A DNA stretch of 38,219 nucleotides from Acanthaster planci (taxonomy: Eukaryota), in the NCBI RefSeq assembly GCF_001949145.1, contig NW_019091358.1, positions 4,124,238 to 4,162,456 of the forward strand, read 5' to 3'. The notes under the pieces were generated by a model. The model had not been told where the DNA came from and did not search any database. It saw nothing but the letters and a program-made list of their open reading frames with translations. Shown piece by piece: positions 1-12,008 of this stretch (the stretch's first letter is position 1; each line of letters opens with the position of its first letter). The translations under genes and the position numbers were made by a program.

Positions 1-1683
1 CATTTATTTATAGTACTTTGCAGAAAGTTTTCTTTACTTCTTAAGCCATTCTTAGTGGGGAATTTTGCAAGTTCCATTTCAAGCCTAGCAGTGGATTCCT
101 TTTCCAAGTGTTAATTCTGCGAATTCCGTCCATTTTCCCCGATCTTGGGAAATCATGGGCTCTAATAATGTGTAGAAAAAGATCAGGAAAATTGTACATA
201 TACCGGTATGTGGCCCTTTTCCTCTGGTTAAGGTATACCGGTACATGTACACGTAGGCCAACACTTTGTCTTTCACTCTTTGTGAGAGCAGGAGTGTTAA
301 CGCTCACATCATCCAATAGCTACATGTACATGTACTGTACTGTTGTCCTGTTTGGAATACATGTAGTTTGCAGAAACTTGTTTTAGCTTTGTTGACTTTG
401 TGACTCACTGGGTTTGTTGACGTGAGTCAACAAGGAAATGGGCGATTCATTTGCCTTTTTTCCCTTTGTGTGTTGTTGGGTCCATGCTTTCAGTGATATA
501 CTGGTGTACATGTACTTGTACGTGTACATACACATGCACACACTTAGGCTACCCGGGAGTAGGAAAAAACTTGTTTTCAATTTCATGTAGGCCTACATGT
601 ACATGTACATGTTTAGAACCATTCACAAATAGTAGCTACATGTATGTACATGTACTTTTATATGGGGTTGTAATCACACTGTATGTGTGAATGTTGGTGG
701 TGCAGAAATATCAAAGCAAAAACTATTTAGCCAAGAATTTGTGTTTACATATTTTCATGACTGAAGTCATTTTGACTGAGTTGTAATAAACACACAAATG
801 TATTCAAGGAAAAAAAATAGTACCGGTATTCAGCACTGCATTTGGACATTGTGTGGGTGAATTGACTTTGCGAACATGTTCTTTTTGCTGAGGATAGTGT
901 CACATGTAAAACAAAGCCTGTCTTTTAATTTATTAACAGCAAAGTACTAAGAAACTGTGTGCATCTGCATAGACTTTTTTGCTGATACCCCCGGTACATG
1001 CACATGAATTATAAGTTTTAAAACTTTTGCATCCCAAAAGAAAAAATAAATTCCATTTTTTGGTCTCTCGATCGTATTGTTAGTTGAAGTACAGGTACCA
1101 GGTACTGTACATGTACCTGTTCCAGTCATGGAGCTAGTGCAATGTCTATTTTGGAATTTGTCAGTTCACAAGTATCAAATCAATCCATTCTCAGTATGTG
1201 GTTTACTGGTTTATACAGAGTTGCATGCCCTTATAAGGCCAGACAGCTTGCCAAGGCCTCACTAGATTATAAGCAAATTAAGACCTGACTTGGATCCATG
1301 TTGTTTTGAACTGATAGTAAACCACAAACCATGGATGTGCCTGAAAGCATCTAATAATCAGTTAACAAAATTTGCTGGACCTTGGTAGAAGTGTGCCTAC
1401 TGTACATGTAACATACCAGTACATGTACATGTATAAGACAATTGTGTTTTTCCCAAATTCCCATCGGGAGTATTATTGACATACACTGTACATGTACATG
1501 CATGCAGTACAGTGTGCGTACATGTACATGTACATGTACTGATACATGTGCATGTGTACATGTACATAGAGTATGGTATGCCCAGTTACCTTTACTAGGG
1601 CTTACATGTACATGATGTGTGCACATATACATGTACATGTGGGTACATGTACATTGTACATTGTGCACATCTACATGTATGTA

Positions 1684-2860
1684 CTGTAATTTTCGGAATA
1701 TAAGGCGCGGCTTATACGTTGATTTTGCCCGTGAAAATGGTCGGAGCGGCTTGTAATCCGGGCAGCTTTTATGCTGAGCTTTGCAGAATAAACTTGAGAT
1801 TCATGTGTAGAAACACTAATCTGTTTTTGACAAAGTTTGCATCCTTTGGGAATGAAAAATCGCTCGTTCCCTGGAAACATTGTAGGCCTAGATCAAAACA
1901 GAAAGGTGGAACCGGCCTGAAAGAATCGGGGCTCAACCTTCATGACCTTACCGTGAAAGATGCGGTAGTCATGTTCAATACCACGCACAGCCGGCGGTCA
2001 GGCAGCTGAAAGCTCTTTTCATTGGTGACCGTGCAAAGCCATAGATCTGACCAAAGATCGTATAGGGCCAAGATCGAATAGCCTTCTGCGCTATACGATC
2101 TTTGGATTTGACACTAGTAGTACATGTAGCAGGCAACCAACTACCAGTCACACAACCGGAACCGTGGACCGTAAGTATCTGTCAAACACCACGCAAATCG
2201 CTGTGGTGCGTCAGATCGTTCTTCCTGTCGTCTGTTGTGTTTATTGCTTGTGAAACTTTCACGTCTGCCACATCTATAAGAATTTTGTCCTTCTTTATGC
2301 AACCATTTTTGTGATTTTTTAGTACCTTATAACGTTCTCCTGGTAATCCACTTGCTGGGAGAAACATTTTTTCTGCATTTACCCAGTCGTGGGAATTTTT
2401 ATCATTCCGCCGCCCTCGCCTCTAGAGTGTGCGCGGGAGAGATGGGCGGACAAAAGATTTATCTGGGTTAGCGTACAGGTCACAAATGCCTTGTTGATTA
2501 ATAATAAACAATGGAGCATCTGGCGATATTTTTACTTTGACGTACAGGCACAAGAGTCACAACGTTATTTCAGCCTTTTTTTGAAGTTACAAAGGGCCTT
2601 TTTGGAGAAGTGCGGTCGAATAAGCCTCGCCGAACTCGCAATGCTCCCTTCACACATGAACTATCCTTACGTGCGGAAGGGCCGATGTTGTCGAGCTGTT
2701 GCGTTAGTCTTTCATGTTGCAACGATCTACCGACGTACGTGATGTTGTGCCTTATACATGGTGCATAGTGTGCCTTATACGCTAAGCTTTGAATCTTAAT
2801 CTGAAGATTTTTGAGTCCTGCGCCTTATAATCCGGGCGCCTTATTTTCCGAAAATTACAG
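1684..2860. mobile_element. Non-autonomous Tc1/mariner-superfamily (pogo/Tc2-type) DNA transposon, 1177 bp
   Basis: 25-bp TIR CTGTAATTTTCGGAATATAAGGCGC / GCGCCTTATTTTCCGAAAATTACAG (1 mismatch), TA on both flanks (1682-1683, 2861-2862), subterminal GCCTTATA/GGCTTATA repeats, CpG-richer than its flanks. No intact transposase ORF. Confidence 0.88.
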
Positions 2861-4482
2861 TACATGTATATGTACAAAATGTAGTGTGCTCATGCATGCA
2901 TAGTCGTAGAACGTCACTTGTGTATTGTACGCAAATTTACAAGTATGTACAAGTACATAGAGTACATCATATATATCATGTACAGTACATGTATTATACT
3001 GGTACATGTATGGCCTTTTTTTTTTTCACATACATGTACCAAACCGCCATATGTACCAACCTGTACCCACTGTTCGAACAATGTAAACAACAGCTAACAA
3101 TGTTTCTGTGCATGTAGATGTACCGGTACTTTACATGTATTATGGTATGAGGCTGCTGTACCATACATTTACATGTACACATGAACCATGAGGTAGAAGC
3201 ATTCTGAGAACAATAGGAGAGGTACATATACAAAGCAAGACACTCATGGTACTACCCGGTAGTACATGTAGACATGCACTGGTACATGTACATGGACCTG
3301 TTAAAATTGTACATGTACTGTACGTGTATATTATCTACATACATAGTACATGTACCTGTGTATTCTTGTGCTCTTTATTTACATGTAAGCCTAGCTGGCC
3401 AGATGTGAACTTGCCGTTCCGCTCGAATGCAATGACATAAATTTTACTTGTCAAAATGTGGAAATAAACTGGAAAATACAGGAATTTCTTGGCCTGTTAT
3501 GTACTAAATGATGGCATTCAATCCTGAAAATGAAGCTTCATATCATAGAATAGAATAGATGCATGAACATGTACATGTACACATACTGTATACATGTACA
3601 TGTATGTACATGAAGCTAGACCATTTGTCAATTTGACCTGTTCTCCAAACTGGTCCATAATTCCTTTCTCCCAGTGGTGGTACATGTAAGTGTATCACAG
3701 GTTTTGTCACATTATTTATTAGATCAGCATGCATATACCTGTATACAGTGCATGGGTGTCTGCATACCAAAGGCATTAGAAGTCTTTGTCTCCTCCAATA
3801 CTGCCCTCGTGGGTATACCACCCACATGCATGACATGAAGAATATATGCAATACTGTGGTTTGCCACGAATGGTTACAGAGTAGCATGGGTCATATACAT
3901 GTAGAGGCCGGTGGTTGTTTCATACATTTGTATACAAACAAGATCAAAAGATGTGAAAATTGGCAGCTTGATGGAGTCTCTTCATTACAAGTCATGCATT
4001 CAATTTTTTTTTTATAACCCTCACGAAAAGCAGCTGAGGAAATACATGTAAGTTGTAACTCTGTGTATCATTTTGCTTGAATTATGCCTGAATAAAGGCA
4101 AAGCATTGATGGGGGGGGGTTGGAAGTTGTTGAAATACAAGACATACATGTACATGTACATGTACAGGTAGATATCCAAGGAAAGTTTCGGAAAAATCAA
4201 ATCTTCACACAATTTTTTTTGACGCGGTAAGTGTACTATGAGACATTGTTTTGCGTAGTGCAACCTTGTCAGCTTGCGATTTATTGCCAATGTACCGGTA
4301 CATGACCAAAAGTACCAAAACAGTGTGGAAGTTGTGTACATGTTCATGTACATGTACAGTACTACATGTACTCATGATACGCTTGTGCACATTGTAGCTA
4401 GCACAGTGTTTCTGTTAAGAATGCATGTTCTAGTAGTAGAGGCCCACAGGGTACAGGCTACAGGTATACATGTACATTTAAC

Positions 4483-4838
4483 ATGTGACCCGCTCTGTAA
4501 AAACGGGTATTAACTCGCGCAGTGCCAAAACATGTAATAGCCTGTTCTATTTGGAGAGGGCAAAATTTCTTCAGAAACGTGATTTTGTGTTTTTTTTTCT
4601 TTAATAGCTTCTATGATATTTACGGTATCTTTACAGAATTTGTGACTACAACCATGGATACTGATGAATAAAAAAGTGCTTTTATTGAATCCGAAAATGT
4701 GCCGGAATGCAGCGCACTACGGGAGTCATTCATATATCAAGTTGTAGCTTTTGATGTACAGAATCCAGCCATATCAAAAACTCATAACTTGAATCTGGCG
4801 ACTGATATTACTACTCATTTTTCTAGAGCTGGTCACAT
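4483..4838. mobile_element. MITE-like element with ATGTGACC...GGTCACAT ends, family unassigned
   Basis: ATGTGACCCGCTCTGTAAAAACGGGTA versus reverse complement of the right end ATGTGACCAGCTCTAGAAAAATGAGTA (22/27 identical). Confidence 0.65.
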
Positions 4839-7047
4839 ATACATGTATGTACTGTACAGGGCAGGAATTTCGTTCTTGAAGAGGCAAGGCAATTTCTCAT
4901 TTGTAAATGGCACTTGTATTAGAAAATCAACTTGTCTATGGGGACATTTGGGCAAAGACCAGGGCCACCCATGGAGGAAGGAAGACATGGGCCACCAAGG
5001 CAATCGCCCCTGATGCCTCCATGTCTGTACATGTACATGTACGGTACATGTACATGTATATTCCCACGATGATTTCTCTAAAAATGAATCAACTGATTAC
5101 CTGGAATTTGTGTAGACTACAGTGTGTTTCACTTTCAGTACTTATTCTTTCAGTTTCACAGCATACATGTACTAGTATTGCAAGTTGGTTCGAGCACATG
5201 GTTGATGGGCATGCTTGTACACGTACATGTACCGGTGCATTGATGCACGTTGTTCTTTACGTGTGTCAAATATACATGTAAATGACCAATAAGGTAGATT
5301 TCATAGCCAATAACTGCAAAACTGAATCAGAAAAATAAAGGTGCATGATTAAGTAATACATTTATATTCATTAAATTGATTTTCTCCTTTATTAGCCTAT
5401 AATTAATCATGCACAATTTGTATTGTTATTTGGCTCAAACATTGCAATTAAAGTCTGCAGATGTCACAACTTTGCACCGGCTTGCCAGGGATACTGTAAT
5501 CGAAATGGTCCAGATAACTTTGACCTCATTTACATGTACATGTACCGGTAGGCCACACAAAGGCTTCCCGCATAAAACTTAAAGCACATATTGTACATGT
5601 ACACTGTATTGTGTATCACAGATGCGGAGTGTGTATCACGGGGTATGTTCCCAGGTGTAAGAAATGTGCAAGGTGTTCACATGGCCTGTGACACCATGCA
5701 CGTGTTTGCGCCCAGCTACATGTACCGTGTACCAGTACATGCACACATACTGGTCTGGTTACATTTTTCACAAGGTTTTGCAACCTTATATCTTTAGTTA
5801 GTTTTTTTCAATCTATATGCACAAACCCTTACTCCCGTACAGCATTTTTGGCATGAAAATTCCACAGTGTACTGGTACCTTTTCATTAGGCCTGACAACA
5901 AAATTTTCTGTTTGTTGTATGTACAGTACATGTACATGTGTACATGTAACATCCTATTGATGTACATGTACACACTGGTAGCTACATATACATGTACATT
6001 GTACATGTATGAAAAACAAGGGCATTCATTAGGCTGGTACTTGTACCCCCATACATGTACATGTACATACCGGTATATGTACACATGTAGGCCTACATGT
6101 ACATACGGGTATATTTTCACAAACGACGGTGTGTGGAACTGAACATGCGTACATACATGTATGTTTGCACTGCAAAGTTGCAAAATTTGGACATGTATGG
6201 TTTGACTCTTGGGAATTTTTCTGCAAATGCTTCAATACCGGTACATGTATTGTCACATTAACACTGTGTGTTAATAATTCATGTAGCTGTATGTTTATTT
6301 ATTTTTAATGTGAGGCCGACCTTGCCTACACGTACATTTATGCCATTTGAGATATGCTGCAAAATATTACGCTCCTAAACAAAGGGACCTGCATGTACTT
6401 CCAATCCCACAGGGATCGTCCTTCCACAGATGACCATCCCACAGCTGATAGCACAGTGTAAGCTTTCCATTCTGTAGGGATACAGGTAGTGGACACCCAT
6501 GTGGCCATAATCAACATGCCCTGTCCATGATCTCATTATGCATTGTCCACTCCCCAGCCCAGCCTTATCTACATGTACATGTACCTCCAAGTTGTGATGA
6601 TTCACTCCCCATGGTCATCTTGCAATCAGTAGGATTTTATCGGTCTTCCATGACTAGACATCAGCACATTAGAAATACCCATTGTCTGTATTTTCTGTGT
6701 ATTATTCTGTTGATTATTATCGAGAGGCCTTTAAGCCTATCCACTGATACTGGTGGGTTTGCAATAAATAGTCAAATTGGTGGGCTTAGGGTTGAGTTCA
6801 AGTTGAGTCACAAGGCTTACATGTACATGTAAGTCACTGCTCCCGCATGCACAGTCAATTATGAAATCATAATTATTTTATTTGCATGGTTATTTCTCAG
6901 TTGTTCACAAAGACAATCAGCCACTGGTTAATGTGCAAGTTCTTATTGCACATAATATATCGGGTCACATAGGAAACCTTGCTACCACGTGTGGGTATCA
7001 AGCCTGAATTGCATTTTGAAATTCAAGCTTTGGATTTGGTGTTTTAA

Positions 7048-7360
7048 CCCTAACAGTTCTGCATAAAATTTGGCATGCAGTACTCAGTACTACAAAACAC
7101 TAAGCAGTAGTCTGAGCATGAAGGACCTAGCGCTACAAATTACTACTTCTGGCTAGGGCACCCTCCATTGTTACTCTACAGAGAACAATAAAGTCGCGCA
7201 TTCATACATGTAGTGCCACAGCACTGTATGGTAGATTGTCTTATATATTGTATTTTATGGCTTCAGAGAACAAAAAAGATCATGTCCTCTTACAAGCGCG
7301 AGCACTGAATACTACATTTTACTACTAAGTAGTACTTTGTAGTATTCAGGGCCGTTAGGA
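7048..7360. mobile_element. piggyBac-type MITE, copy 1
   Basis: TTAA|CCCTAACAG ... CCGTTAGGA|TTAA; body aligns along its length with 8182-8510. Confidence 0.78.
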
Positions 7361-7970
7361 TTAAGTGAAAAATCTAATAAATCTCATATAGGATTAAAGT
7401 TCTGGCTGGTCGGGTATGGTACATGTGTATAACATGTATGTCCTGAAAAGACTAGAAATCTGAAAGAGGTATACATGCGCATATGCATGTATGCATTGGT
7501 CATTTTATGATGGCCATGAGGCTGCGTACCAGCATGTTAAATTGCTGGGTGTTTTGGACCGTTCTTTGTTGAGATTGAATTGGAAATTTCGACACCAATA
7601 ATGCTGCGGTTAATGAAGCATGCATATTTACATATTAAATAAAGCAAACATGTGTACATGTATGTGTGTACATGTAGTGTTTATTTTGCTTACGAGCATA
7701 AAGGCGCTTGTGTGTAATCGATGGTTTGCTGTAAATAATGAGAGAGAAACTTGCCTTTCATTGTACATGTAGACTTGTCCCACTGGCATGGTTTGTGTAA
7801 ATCCACGTGTGTTGATTCCCTGAATGAAACTGTTACATGTACATGTATGTTTCTGTATTATTTGTACCATGATGCCAGTGGAAAAGGTTGGCCTGACTTC
7901 TTGTGTTCCATCATCAGTAATTACTTTTCCTTTTTTTCCCTCCTTTCTTTCTCCGTTTTTTATCATGCAG

Positions 7971-8057
7971 GCACAAATGAAGTTTCCACACGACTATCCG
8001 TATTCACCTCCAACCTTCAAGTTCCTCTCAAAAATGTGGCATCCCAACATATATGAT
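7971..8057 (+). CDS. UBE2R2: CDC34/UBE2R coding exon (87 nt, phase 0-0)
   Basis: Polypyrimidine tract plus tatcatgcag acceptor; [29 protein letters not shown]; gtaagt donor at 8058. Confidence 0.96.
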
Positions 8058-11000
8058 GTAAGTACACACCTAACGCCCATCAGGTGTAGCCCCTGCTGTT
8101 ATTGTCTCCCTTGAGAAAAGCACGCAGATGATTGAAATGTTGTTTTTGTCATTTTCCCCCTTTTTTCTGTTGTATTTTTATTCCTAACAGCCAAGCATGT
8201 CATTTGGCTCACAGGACTCAGTACTTGACAAAATACCGTACTGCGTAGTAGTCTGAGCCTGAAGGACCTAGTGCTACCGTACAAATTACTACTTCTGGTT
8301 AGGGCACTTCAATTGTTACTTGTACAGAGAACAATAAAGTCATGCAATCATAGTGCCAGAGCACTGTATGGTACATTGTCTTGTCTATTGTATTTTACAT
8401 GTGGTTTCAGAGAACAATAAGGTCATGTCCTCCTACAAGCAACAGTGCTGTATACTACTCCCTACATTTTACTACTAAGTAGTAATTTTTAGTATGACGT
8501 ACTGTTAGGGTTAATGAGCTGTTATTATGATGTATATTATGTCAGCCACTAGCAATTACTGTGCACAGGGGCATTAATTAAGGAACACATACCGGCGCAG
8601 GGCCTGATTGAAAGACGTCAGAATACCATGTAACCACATGGTTTCCCTTACTTTGGCCTCAGTTGATGTGAGCATTTGTTCGCAACTGTACATTGTACAT
8701 GTACATTGGACGTACATGTACCAGTACACCGGACAGTGACGCTTATTTTCATGTCAAAAAACCTTGATTCTAGTATCAAATTATTGCCAAATGGTCACCA
8801 CTTTCGCCATACTTGGTTGTCGTTATCATGCTGAATCATCTCTGTGTTTTTTTCTCGTACATGTACACATTACATGTACATGTACCGGTATGTTGTGCCA
8901 TTTATAAAGCTTTGAAGGCTTGCCCCCTACATGTACATGTACCTAAATACTGTGCGCGGCATCATGGGCTTTGCCTGCGCCAATGGTGGAGACATGTTGG
9001 GCCATGTACCGGTAGGACAGCGAGAGCATTCTATAGAATGGCCTACGCAGTACATGTACATGTAAATGTAAGCGCTGTTTTTATACATGTGCCTGTAATC
9101 TGTATGTGTTCATTGTATGCACGGTACATTCATACTAAGAACAGTGCATATACATGTACATGTTCATGTTGTAGCTTAGTGACAACGGCTGCAATAATTG
9201 TCACTTCGTGACTTCAGAATACTCGTTGCCCGCTTAGAATTCTAAGACAAGTTTAACCGTGTACATGCACATGTATGTGAATGCTAGAATGACAAGTTTT
9301 CTTCTTGTACACGTGTGCACGTTATAATGCATTTTACTAGGATTATTTGTTAAGATGGGGTCGGGACAATAAATTGTCAAATTTCAACCTATCTCGCCAC
9401 AATTTTGCCCCTTAGATTTGAAGAAGTAATATTTGCAATGACTTGTATTTAATAAGACTCTATAAAATTCTGTAATTAATTAATTAATTTGTAAAACTGT
9501 ATGTGAAATTTGAGGCTCGCTTTGGGGTGAATACCTTTACAAATGCTCCAAAGAAAGAGATACTGTTTATATCCAAGTTTTGGAATATGTTTTTATATAA
9601 ATCATATGTACCAATAACTTTACCGATTCACTTTTAAATGCCAATCAGATCACACTTATTTATTTATTTACTTATCTGCTCATGGAGTCTTACTGTAGTA
9701 GGCCCTTGTGCAATTTTTGCTTTGTGAATGCATTTACCCGGTACAAAGCTGTTTAAACCTCGATGTGTGAGCTAGCCAATTCAGGCTAGTTGAGATGGAG
9801 CCAAGTTTGTCATCCCTCAGGAAGGATAACGTAATTCTGTAACATGATGAGTGCACTGTGATGACATGGTGCCCTGGTCCCGGGGCTATAATTCATGTGC
9901 ATGTACGGGGTATTTGTGCACATGTCTGTACGATGATTGTTAAACAGTGAGTGTGGACAATTCAGTGCAGATAGGAAGCATCAGCATTAGGAAGCATTAT
10001 AGGAAAGGAGCACTGACAGGGACGATTTTTCGGAAATTGTGTGCATTCCAAGCAAAGTGCCATCAGTAACAAGACATTGCTTGTATGCATATGGAGTGTT
10101 ATCAGCCTTTGTTGTGTATTCTGTTTCCAACACAGTGAGTTATTGTGCTGTCAACCTGTGAATATTCTGTTTCCCCCCCCCTCTTTTCAACCCGTGCTTA
10201 ATCTCATGTGTTTCCTTCCTGGTCAACAGCAGACTGGTGACGTATGCATATCAATCCTACACCCGCCGGTGGATGACCCACAGAGCGGAGAGCTGCCCTC
10301 GGAAAGATGGAACCCCACACAGAGCGTCAGGTAAGGCATTGAGACATGCACTCTAGGATATCTTAATTAAAATAGTGGGAAACTTCAAGAGATTGAGCTG
10401 TTGAGTTCAGTTGATTGTGCCAACCCTTGCCATCTTTGCCCGGACTCGAGCAACAGTGCAGTTCACATAACAGATTGGGTGAACATTGTGTAAATAATTA
10501 AGCCTCATTCCTAGAAGGTTTTTCCCTTTCCAGAAAACAGTTTTAGTGGCATGTTTGGGTTTGGGTTATTGGGAGCAGAAGGAAGAGAAACAGTCAAGAA
10601 AGCCATTGACAAAAATTTAGGTTTAAAAAGTGTGCACAGTACCAGAAAAAAATTGGTATTTTCACGAAGTTTTCCTAACTTCTGGTACAGGATGACATTA
10701 GGAATGTTTGCATTGGGTAGGTAACTTAAGCATACCTGTGTTTGCATGTGCAATGATGTGATCAGGTCAAACAAATTAGCTGTCAGTTGCCAAGGCAATG
10801 ATAGTCCACTAACTATCCCTTAATCATGTTTATGCTTTTTTGGCTGCAGAACAATCCTGCTAAGTGTCATCTCACTCCTGAACGAGCCCAACACATTCTC
10901 TCCTGCCAACGTTGATGCCTCCGTCATGTACAGAAAGTGGAAGGAATCCAAGGGAAAAGACTCGGAATACGCCAAGATAATCCAGTGAGTATGATGGGGT

Positions 11001-12008
11001 GGTGCACATCAACGGACCACGTCCTCAATAACGGCAGCGGTGGTTTATTAAGGGGTCGTAGGTTTGGAGCTGTAACAGCTGAGGGCGCTGTTCTGAGACA
11101 GACGACTTTGTATTGAGCTCTGATATCAATTCCAAACTTTAGCAGTGGGAACCAACAAATAAGATTCTGCAGCTTTTAGCCTCATTTTTTTTTCTTAGCA
11201 ATTTGGTCTCTGCTCAGGGAGTTAGATTGAAGCCTTTTCTCAGTACGTTCAGTATTTGGAGACTCATTAGTCAGAGTCCTTATTGAATGAGTTTTTTAAT
11301 GAGGGCCATCTCAGATCTAGGTCGTGATTAGTTTAACTTGAGCCTTACCAGTCAGAAAAAGTAATATTCATCAAAGTAAACATTATTCAAACGTACTAAT
11401 TTTCATAATTTGTCTTCCCTGTTAGGAAGCTTTTCAGGAAAATGTAGAACCAGTAATGTCTGTAAATAACTTCTCTCCTGCGTAGGATTATTGGTGACTT
11501 TTTCTTTAATGTAAGTGCTATTAAGTGATTTGTCCAATCCAAGTGAAATTCGAATTTGATTTCTTCCTTGGTAACCTCTTAGAGTGGCTCTTTCAGCCCT
11601 GTAATGGGCAGATCCTAGCATTCTTGGAAAAGGGTAAGGTACACGTAGTTGGAAGTTGCAGCCAATTTTTCCCCAAGGTAGGAAAAGCACCTGCTATGAT
11701 TCACAACAGTGAAGAGGCAGTTGTCCCCTTAACCCAGTTTTCAACTCTTTTGTGACGTCCCCCTCTCCCCTGTAATCAGGAAGCAAGTCCAGAGGACGAA
11801 AGCTGATGCGGAAAAGGATGGCGTGGTGGTGCCCACGACCCTGCAGGACTACTGTATCAAGACCAAGACACAGACACCCTCGCACAGCTCCCAGGACCTG
11901 ACCGACTTCTATGAGGATGACGACTACGACGGAGACTACGACGAGGAAGAGGAGGAGGAGGAGTGTTACTATGATGACGAGGATGACTCAGGAAATGGGG
12001 AATCATGA
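7971..12008 (+). CDS. UBE2R2: Ubiquitin-conjugating enzyme E2 R / CDC34 family, 5'-partial gene; coding exons 7971-8057, 10233-10330, 10850-10984, 11780-12008
   Basis: Spliced translation [134 protein letters not shown]...[11 protein letters not shown]. Has HPN motif, catalytic Cys (TGC 10245-10247), the CDC34-type acidic loop and acidic tail. All introns are GT-AG with consistent phases. Likely co-ortholog of vertebrate CDC34 and UBE2R2. First coding exon not found in the window. Confidence 0.96.
8182..8510. mobile_element. piggyBac-type MITE, copy 2 (same orientation as copy 1)
   Basis: TTAT|TCCTAACAG ... CTGTTAGGG|TTAA; shares blocks such as TACAAATTACTACTTCTGG, AGAGAACAATAAAGTC and TACATTTTACTACTAAGTAGTA with copy 1. 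Confidence 0.78.
10233..10330 (+). CDS. UBE2R2: CDC34/UBE2R coding exon with catalytic Cys and acidic loop (98 nt)
   Basis: [32 protein letters not shown]; tandem cagcag acceptor; gtaagg donor at 10331. Confidence 0.96.
10850..10984 (+). CDS. UBE2R2: CDC34/UBE2R coding exon (135 nt)
   Basis: ctgcag acceptor; [44 protein letters not shown]; gtgagt donor at 10985. Absent from the ORF track. Confidence 0.96.
11780..12008 (+). CDS. UBE2R2: CDC34/UBE2R last coding exon with acidic tail
   Basis: aatcag acceptor; [29 protein letters not shown]...[33 protein letters not shown] then TGA. Confidence 0.95.

Larger units (their letters stand above)
240..9320. repeat. Dispersed (TACATG)n / TACATGTA, TACCGGTA and TAGGCCTA palindromic motifs
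   Basis: Very dense in the 5' CDC34 introns, e.g. 1480-1680, 3560-3615, 5920-6110; source of the HVHVHV/MYMYMY/TCTCTC ORFs. Confidence 0.9.

Noticed and set aside
2389..2742. 117-aa ORF inside the pogo-type element as a transposase
   Set aside because: Only a faint resemblance to pogo N-terminal DNA-binding regions; no DDE domain visible.
41..9211. Many 60-130 aa ORFs rich in HVHV/MYMY/TCTC
   Set aside because: Translations of the stop-free (TACATG)n repeat in intronic DNA; no protein features.
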